A stretch of 64,000 bases of DNA from an uncultured virus (IMG/VR IMGVR_UViG_2061766007_000307) (lineage: Duplodnaviria; Heunggongvirae; Uroviricota; Caudoviricetes). Position numbers and translations under genes: made by a program. Below, piece after piece: positions 42,028 through 51,902 of the stretch. Position 1 is the stretch's first letter. Each line of letters opens with the position of its first letter. The notes beneath the pieces were generated by a model. It did not search any database. It was given only the letters and a program-made list of their open reading frames with translations, and had not been told where the DNA came from. The DNA lies in IMG/VR virus record IMGVR_UViG_2061766007_000307, one strand, 5' to 3'.

Positions 42028-42579
42028 ATGAATACACAAAAGAAATCGCCTATTATCGTCAATCTCATCGGTGGTCCAGGATCAGGCAAGAGCACTATTG
42101 CAGCAGGCCTGTTCTATTTCTTGAAGATGGCAGGAGTGAAAGCTGAGCTTGCTCCTGAATATGCAAAAGACATGGTATATGACAAGGCATTCAAGACTCT
42201 GGATGACCAGTTCTACATCTTCGGCAGGCAGTTCCATAAGATATGGAGGCTTATAGAAGACAATGATGTCATAGTCACTGATTCCCCTATCATACTGTCG
42301 ATACTGTACAACAAGACTGAAAGTGCCAAGTTCAATGAATTTGTGGTCGAGCAATACAAGAGGTTCGATACTATAACATGCTTCATAGACAGAGAGACAG
42401 TCTATCAGGAATCAGGAAGGATGCAGACAGAAGAAGAGTCCAAGCAGCTTGACGCAGAGCTCAAGCGCATAATGGAAGAGAATGACATCCCATACATCAC
42501 ATCGAAGACTACCCATGCAGTAGATGATATACTGGCTATATTGTCTAATAGACTAGGAATGAGCATACGTAAGCAGTGA
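42028..42579 (+). CDS. P-loop nucleotide kinase/ATPase (NadR/AAA_28-like)
   Basis: VNLIGGPGSGKST, EYAKD, VTDSPI, GRMQ. Confidence 0.8.
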   Translation: MNTQKKSPIIVNLIGGPGSGKSTIAAGLFYFLKMAGVKAELAPEYAKDMVYDKAFKTLDDQFYIFGRQFHKIWRLIEDNDVIVTDSPIILSILYNKTESAKFNEFVVEQYKRFDTITCFIDRETVYQESGRMQTEEESKQLDAELKRIMEENDIPYITSKTTHAVDDILAILSNRLGMSIRKQ

Positions 42580-42610
42580 TACATCTGCAGATATATGCAG
42601 TAAATATATG

Positions 42611-42641
42611 GATACGGCATCTGTAAAAGGTGCCGTATTTT
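42611..42641 (+). terminator. Intrinsic terminator
   Basis: atacggcatc-loop-ggtgccgtattttt. Confidence 0.7.
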
Positions 42642-42747
42642 TATTTTGCACATAAACACGCTGTAACTCAAGATCTTTTGAAAGACACATAAATCTATTC
42701 AAAAACCATTTGACTCTGTTAAATCTATATATAACATAGCAAATCTA

Positions 42748-42942
42748 ATGCCTAAAGTAGAAATAACCGATGTTTTAGACGATATCGGCCTTGAAGAATA
42801 CATGAACAGAGACAATATATACTACTTCGAAAGCTTCTGCAGCGCATGCGATCATTTCGATACTCCTGAATGTCCATTTTATACAGAAGTGTTCCCTTCT
42901 ACTAAATGGAAAAATATAGGATGCGATAATTTCTATGACTGA
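42748..42942 (+). CDS. Small Cys-rich hypothetical protein
   Basis: 64 aa, CSAC..CPF..C. Confidence 0.55.
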   Translation: MPKVEITDVLDDIGLEEYMNRDNIYYFESFCSACDHFDTPECPFYTEVFPSTKWKNIGCDNFYD

Positions 42943-43094
42943 GATGCATTCATGTTAGATAGACTTTGATCTCTATCATATCTGACCTATATAGTTATGG
43001 ATATATGTGGCCAAGCCACATATATCCGGAACAGGATAAAATCCTGTTCTTTTTAATCTCTATTTATGTTTCTGTTTTATACCATACAGATCCC

Positions 43095-43260
43095 TACAGT
43101 TCCATACATATCCCATTTCTATATCTATTATTTCCCTTACTTATATTAGGTTCATGGGTATATCTGTAAAATATGGATATTTCCAGGGCCTATTCTTACA
43201 GTTCCATACATATCCCATTTCTATATCTATTATTTCCTTTACTTATATTAGGTTCATGGG
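43095..43260. repeat. Two 64-bp direct repeats (one mismatch) separated by 38 bp
   Basis: 43095-43158 and 43197-43260: tacagttccatacatatccc...ggttcatggg. Confidence 0.9.
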
Positions 43261-43345
43261 GTGGTTTATAATTTTGTGGTTTTTATGAAAGATTTATGTT
43301 TTGTGAGTGATTATATGTAAAAAGTTTAACAAAACACTTACAGCT

Positions 43346-44656
43346 ATGAGTATAGATATATCAGGAAAATATGTTAAAGATTGCAAGATATTCGCTGAAA
43401 CTCTAGAGACCGAAGCGATGTCTACAATATATAGCATCTGTAACCATCCTGCGTTCGAAGGTGCTAAGATACGCATCATGCCAGACTGCCACCAGGGCAA
43501 AGGCATTGTCATCGGATTCACGTGTCCTGTCGGAGAATATGTGAACCCTGACCATATCGGTGTAGATATAGGCTGCCAGATGACATCTATGGTACTAGAT
43601 GCAGCGATCCCAGAAGAGATAATCCCTGAGTTTGAACACAAGGTCAAGAAGGCTATCCCTACAGGATTCGCTATACATGACAAGAAGATGTACGATGACA
43701 AAGAATTCTTCAGCTTCTTGAACAGAGAATATAACAAAGCCAGTTCTATGTGGCCTGAGATGATATGTGATGTTGGACGTATAGATGGTGAATTTATTGA
43801 AAAGATGTGCTCGCGTCTCGGAATGGATCTTTCAACTTTCATCAGATCTATCGGCACTCTTGGCGGAGGAAACCATTTTATGGAATATGGAGAGAACGAT
43901 AAGGGACAGGGCTTCTTCACAGTGCACTGCGGGTCTAGAAACTTCGGAGTGAAAGTAGCTACATATTGGTCTAATATAGGTAAGCGAGGTGGCAAGACTG
44001 TCGATATGTGCCAGATCACTGCTGATGTCAAAGCTTCATGCCCAGACAAGACCCAATGGGGTGATAGGATCAGAGCTGCAGTCAGGGAAGCTATAGATGA
44101 AGCAAGTATCCATGCAGGATATGTTAGCGAGGAGAATCTAAAAGGCTATCTCTCTGATATGGTGATAGCACAGGCATATGCAGCCTTCAACCATATCACC
44201 ATCGCAAAAATTGTATCTAAAATATTGAAGAATTACAATATCAATATAGCAGATACTATCAACACTGTCCATAATTACATATCATTTGAAGATAAGATCA
44301 TCCGTAAGGGTGCTATCAGGTCTTACGAAAACCAATTGATGATTATTCCTTTCAATATGAGAGACGGACTGGCTATATGCAGAGGCAAGTCTAATGATGA
44401 CTGGAACTGTTCTGCTCCTCATGGTGCAGGACGCGTGATGTCTAGAAGCGCAGCTAAAGCCAATATATCTATAGAAGATTTCAAGAAATCTATGGAAGGA
44501 ATATATTCGACAAGTGTTGGAATGGGTACCTTAGACGAGTCCCCTATGGCGTATAAAGACGCAAATGAAATTATCAAGCTGATAGAACCTACAGCAGAAA
44601 TATTGTACTTTGTGAAGCCTAAGATCAATATCAAAGCGTCAGATTCGTGTGATTAA
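43346..44656 (+). CDS. rtcB: RtcB RNA ligase
   Basis: MPDCH, GVDIGC, GTLGGGNHF, HCGSR, HNY, SAPHGAGR, DESPMAYK. Confidence 0.95.
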   Translation: MSIDISGKYVKDCKIFAETLETEAMSTIYSICNHPAFEGAKIRIMPDCHQGKGIVIGFTCPVGEYVNPDHIGVDIGCQMTSMVLDAAIPEEIIPEFEHKVKKAIPTGFAIHDKKMYDDKEFFSFLNREYNKASSMWPEMICDVGRIDGEFIEKMCSRLGMDLSTFIRSIGTLGGGNHFMEYGENDKGQGFFTVHCGSRNFGVKVATYWSNIGKRGGKTVDMCQITADVKASCPDKTQWGDRIRAAVREAIDEASIHAGYVSEENLKGYLSDMVIAQAYAAFNHITIAKIVSKILKNYNINIADTINTVHNYISFEDKIIRKGAIRSYENQLMIIPFNMRDGLAICRGKSNDDWNCSAPHGAGRVMSRSAAKANISIEDFKKSMEGIYSTSVGMGTLDESPMAYKDANEIIKLIEPTAEILYFVKPKINIKASDSCD

Positions 44657-44674
44657 TATTAAAAAACGTATATC

Positions 44675-44935
44675 ATGAAATATTTTAGGATTTTAATCAT
44701 TCTGATGGCTGTATTATTGACATCATGTGCACGTTCTTTGATGTTTGAAGATAAAGCAGTGATCGTTGGCGTCTGCAAGAACCATGTGACCCGTGGAAGA
44801 GACGTGCGATGTAAAAAGTATGAAGTCGTAATGTATATGCCTAATGCCGGAACATTTGACAGTGTAAAAATGTCGTTTCTGACAGATTCTTTATATTCTG
44901 TCGGAGATACTATATATTTCAGTAATCATCATTAA
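44675..44935 (+). CDS. Small lipoprotein
   Basis: Signal peptide with lipobox LTSC. Confidence 0.65.
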   Translation: MKYFRILIILMAVLLTSCARSLMFEDKAVIVGVCKNHVTRGRDVRCKKYEVVMYMPNAGTFDSVKMSFLTDSLYSVGDTIYFSNHH

Positions 44936-44956
44936 CAAATATTTAATTTAGCGACT

Positions 44957-45346
44957 ATGAAAATAAAAGAACAGTTAAAGATTCTGCACGCCTTCAAGGA
45001 AGGTAAGAAGATACAACGTATACCTGATGGAGGTATAGGGTATTACTCATGGGAAGATATCTCAGGAGAACATTCGTTTGACTTCAGCCATTACGAATAC
45101 AGAATAAAGCCAGAAGTCACTCACAGAGCTTATAGTGCCGCAGAGCTTGAAGACGATTCATGTGGAATGATCCCTGCTGTCAAAGAAATATCTACAGGAA
45201 TAATATACACTATCGCAGCATTGGATGGTGCTAATGTGTATATCCTGCAGAAAGACGGCAGTACAAAACGTTTCAGTACAGCAGAAATGCTGGATCTGTT
45301 TACGTGGCGCGATGGAGACGTGTTCGGTGTAAAAATCAATGACTGA
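44957..45346 (+). CDS. Phage hypothetical protein
   Basis: AFKEGKKIQ..FDF..EYRIKPE motif. Confidence 0.7.
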   Translation: MKIKEQLKILHAFKEGKKIQRIPDGGIGYYSWEDISGEHSFDFSHYEYRIKPEVTHRAYSAAELEDDSCGMIPAVKEISTGIIYTIAALDGANVYILQKDGSTKRFSTAEMLDLFTWRDGDVFGVKIND

Positions 45347-45374
45347 GAAAATAATTGATCAAATTTAGATACTC

Positions 45375-46298
45375 ATGAAGAAAGTAGCTATTGTATTTCA
45401 CCGTATAGATTTTGATGGGCTGTTCAGCTATGCGATAGCTAGAGCGGCAGCAGAATCATCAAACAGTGAGACTGTAGAAGTCACTCCAGTTCCGTTCAAT
45501 TATAATGATCCTATCGATGATCTGCCAGACTGGAGTGTTTTTGACTGCATAATAATTGCAGATATCATGCTTCCAGTAGATATCATGAAGACTCTGCACA
45601 ATGAATTCTTTGATAAAGTGATATGGATAGACCATCATATCACAGCAATCAATCTGTCAAAAGAACATGGATATGATGATTTTAACGGTATCCGTGATAC
45701 TGCACATGCTGCATGCGTACTGTCTTACATGTATTTCCATCCGTCAGTACCATACGACAAGATTCCTCAAGCTATCAGGCTGGCTGGTGCTCATGACATA
45801 TGGGATAAAGAGACCTATGATTGGATCAATATTGTACAGCCTATGCAATATGGTTTGAATCTCTATACTAAAACGGATTATAACGTCTTTTGGGATCTTT
45901 ACGATGACATCCTGGAGAATTACTCTTCGTGTGTTGATGACGGAAAGAATCTCAAGGATTATATGGACGGATTGAAAAAGACGTGGTGCGACAGATTCTC
46001 TTTTGATGTTGAAGTAGATGGTCATCTTAAAGGTATAGCTATGCTATGCCCTATGTTCTCTTCTGAAGTTTTCGATTCTGTCAGCGGATCTTATGACGTT
46101 TGTGTTGTTGTAGAAAAGAACAGGAAGAACGAAGGTTTCTATAATGTCAGCATGTATTCTGGTGGTAGGGGACTTGGAGATTTCAGCTGTGGAGAGTACA
46201 TGAAATGCCATTATAATGGTGGTGGCCATAAAGGTGCTGCAGGAGGTATACTGGATATTGATCAATTCATAAGATTGGTTCGTGACCATAAAATATAA
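45375..46298 (+). CDS. DHH family phosphoesterase
   Basis: H..DFDG, WIDHH, GGGHKGAAG. Confidence 0.9.
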   Translation: MKKVAIVFHRIDFDGLFSYAIARAAAESSNSETVEVTPVPFNYNDPIDDLPDWSVFDCIIIADIMLPVDIMKTLHNEFFDKVIWIDHHITAINLSKEHGYDDFNGIRDTAHAACVLSYMYFHPSVPYDKIPQAIRLAGAHDIWDKETYDWINIVQPMQYGLNLYTKTDYNVFWDLYDDILENYSSCVDDGKNLKDYMDGLKKTWCDRFSFDVEVDGHLKGIAMLCPMFSSEVFDSVSGSYDVCVVVEKNRKNEGFYNVSMYSGGRGLGDFSCGEYMKCHYNGGGHKGAAGGILDIDQFIRLVRDHKI

Positions 46299-46342
46299 TC
46301 ATATAAATGAACAAGTGAAAATTATACAGCAATATTATATCT

Positions 46343-47671
46343 ATGGAATTGAAAACCAATCAGTTAGATATCGTCGCTGATTTGAGAGATTCTCTATTGG
46401 CAGACAACTCTGCAAATTACAAGAAGCAAGTCCTTGATGATTTTGTAAAGAAATACAAGAATGATGCTGATGTCATAAACGTACTTGACATGATTTTCAA
46501 TCAGGACAAATATCTTCTGACATCTAAAATCTTCAAAGGCTGCGATAAAGAAGACACTAGCTTGTTTGAAGATGAGCCTTCAGATCGCGCAGCAGTAAAC
46601 AAGGTGTTATGTGCATTGAAAGGCTCTAATGTGTCATCTCAAGCCAAGAAACGTATGCTTATAGATCTGTATATGACACTAGATCATCGTGCTGCTGAAG
46701 TATTGGAGTGCATTCTTGACAAGGATCTGAAATGTGGCGTATCTACATCAGCATACAAGACATTCATCAATACTAATGAAACTTTAGGCGTCTCTCTTGC
46801 AAATAAGTATTTCGAAAAGAAAAAGAAAGTCGATTTTGAAAAGGATAGCTGGTACATGAGCCGCAAGCTTGACGGATGCAGGCTGAACATTGTCAAAAAA
46901 GGCGACAGTGTCAAGGCTCTTTCACGTACAGGCAAAGAATATACCACGATGGATGTCCTTATAAAAGTATTCGCAAATATTCCAGGAGATTTTGTGCTTG
47001 ACGGCGAAGTTATCACCAAGGGCGGTATGGAACATGATGATTTCAAATCGATAGTATCACAGATCAAGAGAAAAGGCTATACTGTTCCAGATCCTGTAAT
47101 GATGGTATTTGACATGTATTCTATCGATACAGCATATGGACGCACTCAAAGCGCTGTATTCTCAGAAAGATATGATAGCCTGCAGTTGTTCTTTAATAGA
47201 TACAAAGACCTGTTTGGTGATAGTGTTGTTCTTGTAGAACAGACTAAGGTCGAGAATGAAGAACATCTGATGGCAGAATTCAACAAGGCAGGTGAAGCTG
47301 GATGGGAAGGTCTGATGATCCGTAAAGACGTTGCATGGGAAGGTAAGCGTACAGATAACCTGTTGAAACTCAAAGCGTTTGATGACGGAGAGTTTAAGAT
47401 AATAGGTTATACTTTAGGTGATTTCCGGTACAAAAATACAGTCCTTCATGATGTATTGGCTTCTGTTGATATCGACTATAAAGGATATAAGTGCAGTGTA
47501 GGATCTGGATGGTCTCTTGATGAAAGAAAGAAATACGCAGAAGATCCTGAAGCCTTGATAGGTCGGACTCTTAAAGTCAAGTACTTCGAAGAAACTACTA
47601 ATGATAAGGGTGAGCTCAGTTTGAGATTTCCTATCAAGGTGTTTTTGTACGATACAGAGCGTTTTGATTGA
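46343..47671 (+). CDS. ATP-dependent DNA ligase
   Basis: KLDGCR, LDGE, EGLMIR, LLKLK, SLRFP. Confidence 0.95.
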   Translation: MELKTNQLDIVADLRDSLLADNSANYKKQVLDDFVKKYKNDADVINVLDMIFNQDKYLLTSKIFKGCDKEDTSLFEDEPSDRAAVNKVLCALKGSNVSSQAKKRMLIDLYMTLDHRAAEVLECILDKDLKCGVSTSAYKTFINTNETLGVSLANKYFEKKKKVDFEKDSWYMSRKLDGCRLNIVKKGDSVKALSRTGKEYTTMDVLIKVFANIPGDFVLDGEVITKGGMEHDDFKSIVSQIKRKGYTVPDPVMMVFDMYSIDTAYGRTQSAVFSERYDSLQLFFNRYKDLFGDSVVLVEQTKVENEEHLMAEFNKAGEAGWEGLMIRKDVAWEGKRTDNLLKLKAFDDGEFKIIGYTLGDFRYKNTVLHDVLASVDIDYKGYKCSVGSGWSLDERKKYAEDPEALIGRTLKVKYFEETTNDKGELSLRFPIKVFLYDTERFD

Positions 47672-47688
47672 TAAGAAATAATAACAAT

Positions 47689-47726
47689 AGAAAAGCAGCA
47701 GGCTCAGGTACGCTGCTTTTCTTTTT
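47689..47726 (+). terminator. Intrinsic terminator
   Basis: agaaaagcagc-loop-gctgcttttcttttt. Confidence 0.75.
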
Positions 47727-47755
47727 GGTGATTATATGTGTATAATGATAAATAA

Positions 47756-47863
47756 ATGATGAAATGTGTAATAATCGTACTGCTTTTGCTAGTACTTCTT
47801 TTGGGTGTGTGCTATACTGAACAGACAACAAAAAACAAGAAAGATTCAGATTCAGAGAAATGA
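47756..47863 (+). CDS. Small membrane peptide (35 aa)
   Basis: MMKCVIIVLLLLVLLLGVC; ATGA overlap with the dCMP deaminase gene. Confidence 0.45.
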   Translation: MMKCVIIVLLLLVLLLGVCYTEQTTKNKKDSDSEK

Positions 47864-48444
47864 GAGATTCGAAAAGACAGCACCAATATCATGTTGCGTA
47901 CATGAATATGGCCATTGCTATAGCCCAATTGTCTCATGCAGAACGCAAGAAAGTCGGATGTATTCTTGTCAACTCAAACGACCAGGTAGTTGCACAGGGA
48001 TATAATGGCATGCCATCGGGATTTGATAATCGATGCGAAACAGACTATTGCTGCAAATACAACAAGCCTATCGATAAGCTAGAACATAGCAGCATAGAAT
48101 GCTGTATGAATGAGGATCATATGACATGCAGCAGGTGTCCTCATTATAGGACTAAGACTAAAGAAGAAGTCTTGCATGCAGAATCTAATGCAATAGCTAA
48201 ATGTGCCAGAAGCACTAACAGTTCTGAAGGGTGCACTCTATACGTGACCATGAGTCCATGCGTGAATTGTGCAAAGACTATTATTCAATCAGGTATTGCT
48301 GCTGTGTACTATCTGGAACCTTATAAAGATAGCACTGGACTGGATCTATTGAGATCTGTGGGTATTGAAGTGCATAAGCTGGATACCAAATGGTCTTATT
48401 TATCGCCTAATTTCATACTTGACAATATCACCTCAATCTCTTAG
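47860..48444 (+). CDS. dCMP deaminase
   Basis: GYNG, HAESNAI, SPCVNC. Confidence 0.95.
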   Translation: MRDSKRQHQYHVAYMNMAIAIAQLSHAERKKVGCILVNSNDQVVAQGYNGMPSGFDNRCETDYCCKYNKPIDKLEHSSIECCMNEDHMTCSRCPHYRTKTKEEVLHAESNAIAKCARSTNSSEGCTLYVTMSPCVNCAKTIIQSGIAAVYYLEPYKDSTGLDLLRSVGIEVHKLDTKWSYLSPNFILDNITSIS

Positions 48445-48455
48445 GTTGTATATGA

Positions 48456-50030
48456 TCATTGGGCTATATTTGGGTCATAATCGATATTATCCCACATTAC
48501 ACCTATCTTCATTTCGGCTACAGGATATAGCATCCATTTCTGTGTATTCGTAGCATCATATGTACGATATATGAAAGTGTTGCCGAATGGCGTGATAGAC
48601 GTCATGTAATGGAACTCATCATTGATCACAGTGTCTTTTGTAGGCCCTTCTTCTTTGACAGTATAGCTTGCTGCATATTGCGTTTCTGATGAAGCATATA
48701 CCTTGTATTGGTTAGATATATATGCAGGAGATCCTGAATAACTCTGAGGACCTTCATATCTAGACCCACCTTCAATGAATGAATTTCCATAATTGCCTGC
48801 ATCCCACCATCTTCTGTTATATAGAAGGTCTGTGCATAATTCTGTAGTGCATATTATAGCATCAGTCTCTTGAATAACCGCATAGACATCTAGTCTATGC
48901 GTATGATTCTTCGCAGCCTTTATCGTATCTTCAGCTTTCTGCATAGCATTTTCAGGAGTTTTGGCTACACCATTGACTACATACGATACGTTGCTGAAAT
49001 TCAATGTTATGTTACCTCCATGAGTGCAGCATGCCATCACATCAGCAGAAAGATATGTACCCCCTTCCCATATCTGTATATTATCCCACGTGAACATCAC
49101 GCCATTATACATCTTTGAAAATTCTGAGTTGTAATCGCTCGTCGTACTCAATATATTATCTATTATAGACGAAAGGTACACTTTATAGCCGCTTGACGAT
49201 TCTTCCTCCATTACAACAGGACGCAGAACCAATTCAGGTCCGTTAGGGTTTTTCACAAGAGCATTGCATCTCTTATCTGTCCAATTAGATGTACCCTCTT
49301 CTAAAAGAGAGTCATTGTATGACTGTGTGCATGACACTCCGTCAACAACTTTCACAAATTCACCAGGCTTGTCATCTATATGATATGCTTTAGAATATGA
49401 AGGCTGACCGAACTGGTCTGTATAGCATGGGATAAGCTTGCTCACATCTATCCAATGCGATTGTGTGATATGATATACATCATGTGATATGCCAGCCATA
49501 TCCACACCACCAACACTAGCTTTCTCTATTTTGTGCCTTGTTCTTATAAAAGGTCCATATACTTCAGGATACATATCAGACAATAGCAATCTTTCTGTCG
49601 AATGGTTGCCTTTCTGGAAGCCTGCGCCCATAGATACTGAAGATTCTTGTGAGTTCAGGTATTCTGCGGTAGCTCCGCTGAAATATATATAATATGTATT
49701 AGCGACGTCATATGGCGATGAACCTGTGTTGTAGCTTGAAGGTGTCGCTGACGTGCTTACCAATACAGTAGGCGTCTTTGCATTGACAGCCGTTACTCCT
49801 CCGTACAGATACAGGCGGAGCTCTCTGGTCTGGCCAGATGATTGCACTTGACCCCAAGATGTGCTGAATGAATGGTTGCTTGCTATATATGAACTGTCAT
49901 TTTTAGCATATGTGAATGATATCTTCCCATCAATAGCAGGAACAGCTAAACGCAATGAAGATGCTATAAAAGGAAAATCACCTGTATCTTCTACATTTTC
50001 GAATATACGGAGTCTGTGAAATACTTCCAT
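48456..50030 (-). CDS. Hypothetical late/virion protein
   Basis: 524 aa S/T/Y-rich ORF; GTAAATA 34 nt upstream. Confidence 0.6.
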   Translation of the reverse strand: MEVFHRLRIFENVEDTGDFPFIASSLRLAVPAIDGKISFTYAKNDSSYIASNHSFSTSWGQVQSSGQTRELRLYLYGGVTAVNAKTPTVLVSTSATPSSYNTGSSPYDVANTYYIYFSGATAEYLNSQESSVSMGAGFQKGNHSTERLLLSDMYPEVYGPFIRTRHKIEKASVGGVDMAGISHDVYHITQSHWIDVSKLIPCYTDQFGQPSYSKAYHIDDKPGEFVKVVDGVSCTQSYNDSLLEEGTSNWTDKRCNALVKNPNGPELVLRPVVMEEESSSGYKVYLSSIIDNILSTTSDYNSEFSKMYNGVMFTWDNIQIWEGGTYLSADVMACCTHGGNITLNFSNVSYVVNGVAKTPENAMQKAEDTIKAAKNHTHRLDVYAVIQETDAIICTTELCTDLLYNRRWWDAGNYGNSFIEGGSRYEGPQSYSGSPAYISNQYKVYASSETQYAASYTVKEEGPTKDTVINDEFHYMTSITPFGNTFIYRTYDATNTQKWMLYPVAEMKIGVMWDNIDYDPNIAQ

Positions 50031-50149
50031 AAGTATAAGCTTATTCTATGTGTAATGTATTTACAGGCAATCTGTATCATGTATTAGATGCAGATATATA
50101 TGCAAAAATAGAGAATTTTGAGATTTTCTGTAAAATTTTTGTGGAATTA

Positions 50150-50181
50150 TTTGGTGTGTATGTAAAATGTTAGTATCTTTA
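50150..50181 (+). promoter_or_regulatory. Bacteroidota-type primary-sigma promoter
   Basis: TTTG (50150) + 20 nt + TATCTTTA (50174); TATCTTTA recurs near 50751 and 51021. Confidence 0.6.
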
Positions 50182-50228
50182 CAACAAAGAAAGAACAGAA
50201 CATTAACTTTTAATTGGAGGACAGAATT

Positions 50229-50549
50229 ATGAGACCGATGGATTTAGTTAAGATAGCAAAGAAAGAGCCGCTAATGACTCTATTGTATCTTAAAAAAGAT
50301 GGAACATTCCGCAAGACACTTGCATCATGTTGCCCTATGATGTATGACAAAGCAACTGAAGATGCTGGTCGAGTTTGGGTACATGAAGGTACACCTAAAG
50401 GATGCTTCTCTTTCGTTGACGTGAAGGAAGGTAAGTGGAAGCGTCTTATTATAGCAAATCTGATTGCAGTCAAAAGAGCTGACGGAACAGTATTCTGCGT
50501 ATCTAAGAGAGTACTGAAGGCAGCAGAAATAGCTGTAGGACATTTTTGA
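50229..50549 (+). CDS. SH3-fold WYL_2/DUF2693-like protein
   Basis: YLKKDGTFRK..FVDVKEGKWKR; start 50214 (TTG) or 50229 (ATG). Confidence 0.65.
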   Translation: MRPMDLVKIAKKEPLMTLLYLKKDGTFRKTLASCCPMMYDKATEDAGRVWVHEGTPKGCFSFVDVKEGKWKRLIIANLIAVKRADGTVFCVSKRVLKAAEIAVGHF

Positions 50550-50567
50550 GTATATTCAATATACGTA

Positions 50568-50639
50568 TCGCTTGTAGCTCAATGGTTAGAGCAATGTCAT
50601 ATCTGGCATTATATGCAGGTTCGAGTCCTGCCAGGCGGT
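50568..50639 (+). tRNA. tRNA-like gene with non-canonical 6-nt anticodon loop
   Basis: Acceptor tcgcttg/caggcgg, D arm gctc..gagc, T arm gcagg-ttcgagt-cctgc; anticodon arm atgtc-atatct-ggcat. Confidence 0.6.
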
Positions 50640-50657
50640 CTTAAACTTTCATTTTAT

Positions 50658-50915
50658 AAGAACGGTGCGAGAAAACCCCAAAATCTTTAGTTTCGGGGAT
50701 GAATCGTGCAAAAAAAGTTCAAAATTTCGTGTAAATGTAAATCATCATTGTATCTTTACATTGTTAATAATTAACATCGGCTGGAACGGTCGATTATACG
50801 GAGGGAGGGACTAATAAGACGGAGTCTAAACCAACTGAAAAAGATGGTCTGTACGCAACGCAAACATCCCGTTGAAATCCGAAGCCCATGAACTAAAAAT
50901 TCATGAGTAGTTCAC
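50658..50915 (+). mobile_element. Non-autonomous IS605-derived mini-element (left end + omegaRNA/right end, no ORF)
   Basis: Follows TTAT; left hairpin cccc..gggg; 3' part matches the tnpB 3' end at 62942-63044; ends gtagttcac. Confidence 0.8.
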
Positions 50916-50940
50916 TTTCGGTTAATAATTCTCTTAAAAT

Positions 50941-50966
50941 GCTTGCTCGTGAGGGTAGGCTTTTTT
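50941..50966 (+). terminator. Intrinsic terminator
   Basis: gcttgctc-gtga-gggtaggc-tttttt. Confidence 0.65.
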
Positions 50967-51056
50967 ATTTTTTGTAAATTTTTTTGCGTAAAATATCATC
51001 TCATTAAGAAAAAATTATTATCTTTACCACAGTAAACAATATTAAACGTAAGTAAA

Positions 51057-51878
51057 ATGATAACAAGTGTTGAAATAACTGATATTAAAGACCTGCCTGT
51101 CCGTTATGCCAGCAAGTCTGCAGGGATCTACAATGGCAGGTCTTTTGAATTCAGTAACGGTGTGAACATCGTGGTAGGCCCTAACGGGTCAGGCAAAACT
51201 GCGCTGTTCGAATGCATGTCGCAATACCTGTTGTGCTATGACAACGAATGCTCGCATATGTTCACAGATGCTATATATGCACCTTCGATATTCAATGAAG
51301 ACAACTCTGTAAAGCAAGGAATGAAGCTTCATCATGATTTCAATACAAAATGTTTCAGGTATATGCACAATGCGAGCAGCCGTAGCTCTTCAGCATGCAC
51401 TGCCAGATCACTTGCACATCATGTCGAAAACACAGGGAAATCCGCTGGAGAATCTTCTATATCTGCCATGCAGTGTCTGTTTGATACAATGTTCAGTATA
51501 AAGGACTATGCCTTTCCTATAAAAGACATGCTTGATATGAAGAACAAGCCTAGTACAAATGGTGTATGGAAAGACCGATTGGACAATATGCTGAAGTACT
51601 ACAAAGACAATACATTTGTGACTAGTACTAGTGTGAAAGAACAGCTCCTCAGGTATACTGTCTTGATAGATGAGCCTGACAGAAATCTGGATATCTATGG
51701 TATTGAGGATCTGTATAAGATGCTCTCTTACCAAAGGGACGACACCCAGCTCATAGTCATCATCCATAACCCTATGCTGATATACAAGCTGTACAAAGCT
51801 AAAAATAGATGTAATATCAACTTCATTGAGATGGTTCCTGGATATATCGACAAGATTCTAGAAATCATCAGTAAATGA
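51057..51878 (+). CDS. ABC-type/AAA ATPase
   Basis: GPNGSGKT, SAGE, LIDEPDRNLD, IIH. Confidence 0.85.
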   Translation: MITSVEITDIKDLPVRYASKSAGIYNGRSFEFSNGVNIVVGPNGSGKTALFECMSQYLLCYDNECSHMFTDAIYAPSIFNEDNSVKQGMKLHHDFNTKCFRYMHNASSRSSSACTARSLAHHVENTGKSAGESSISAMQCLFDTMFSIKDYAFPIKDMLDMKNKPSTNGVWKDRLDNMLKYYKDNTFVTSTSVKEQLLRYTVLIDEPDRNLDIYGIEDLYKMLSYQRDDTQLIVIIHNPMLIYKLYKAKNRCNINFIEMVPGYIDKILEIISK

Positions 51879-51902
51879 CATCGATACAATTAAAAAGTAA
51901 CT

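Noticed and set aside
43095..43260. Mini-CRISPR (repeat - 38 bp - repeat)
   Set aside because: Only two copies, 64 bp is too long, not palindromic, and no cas genes
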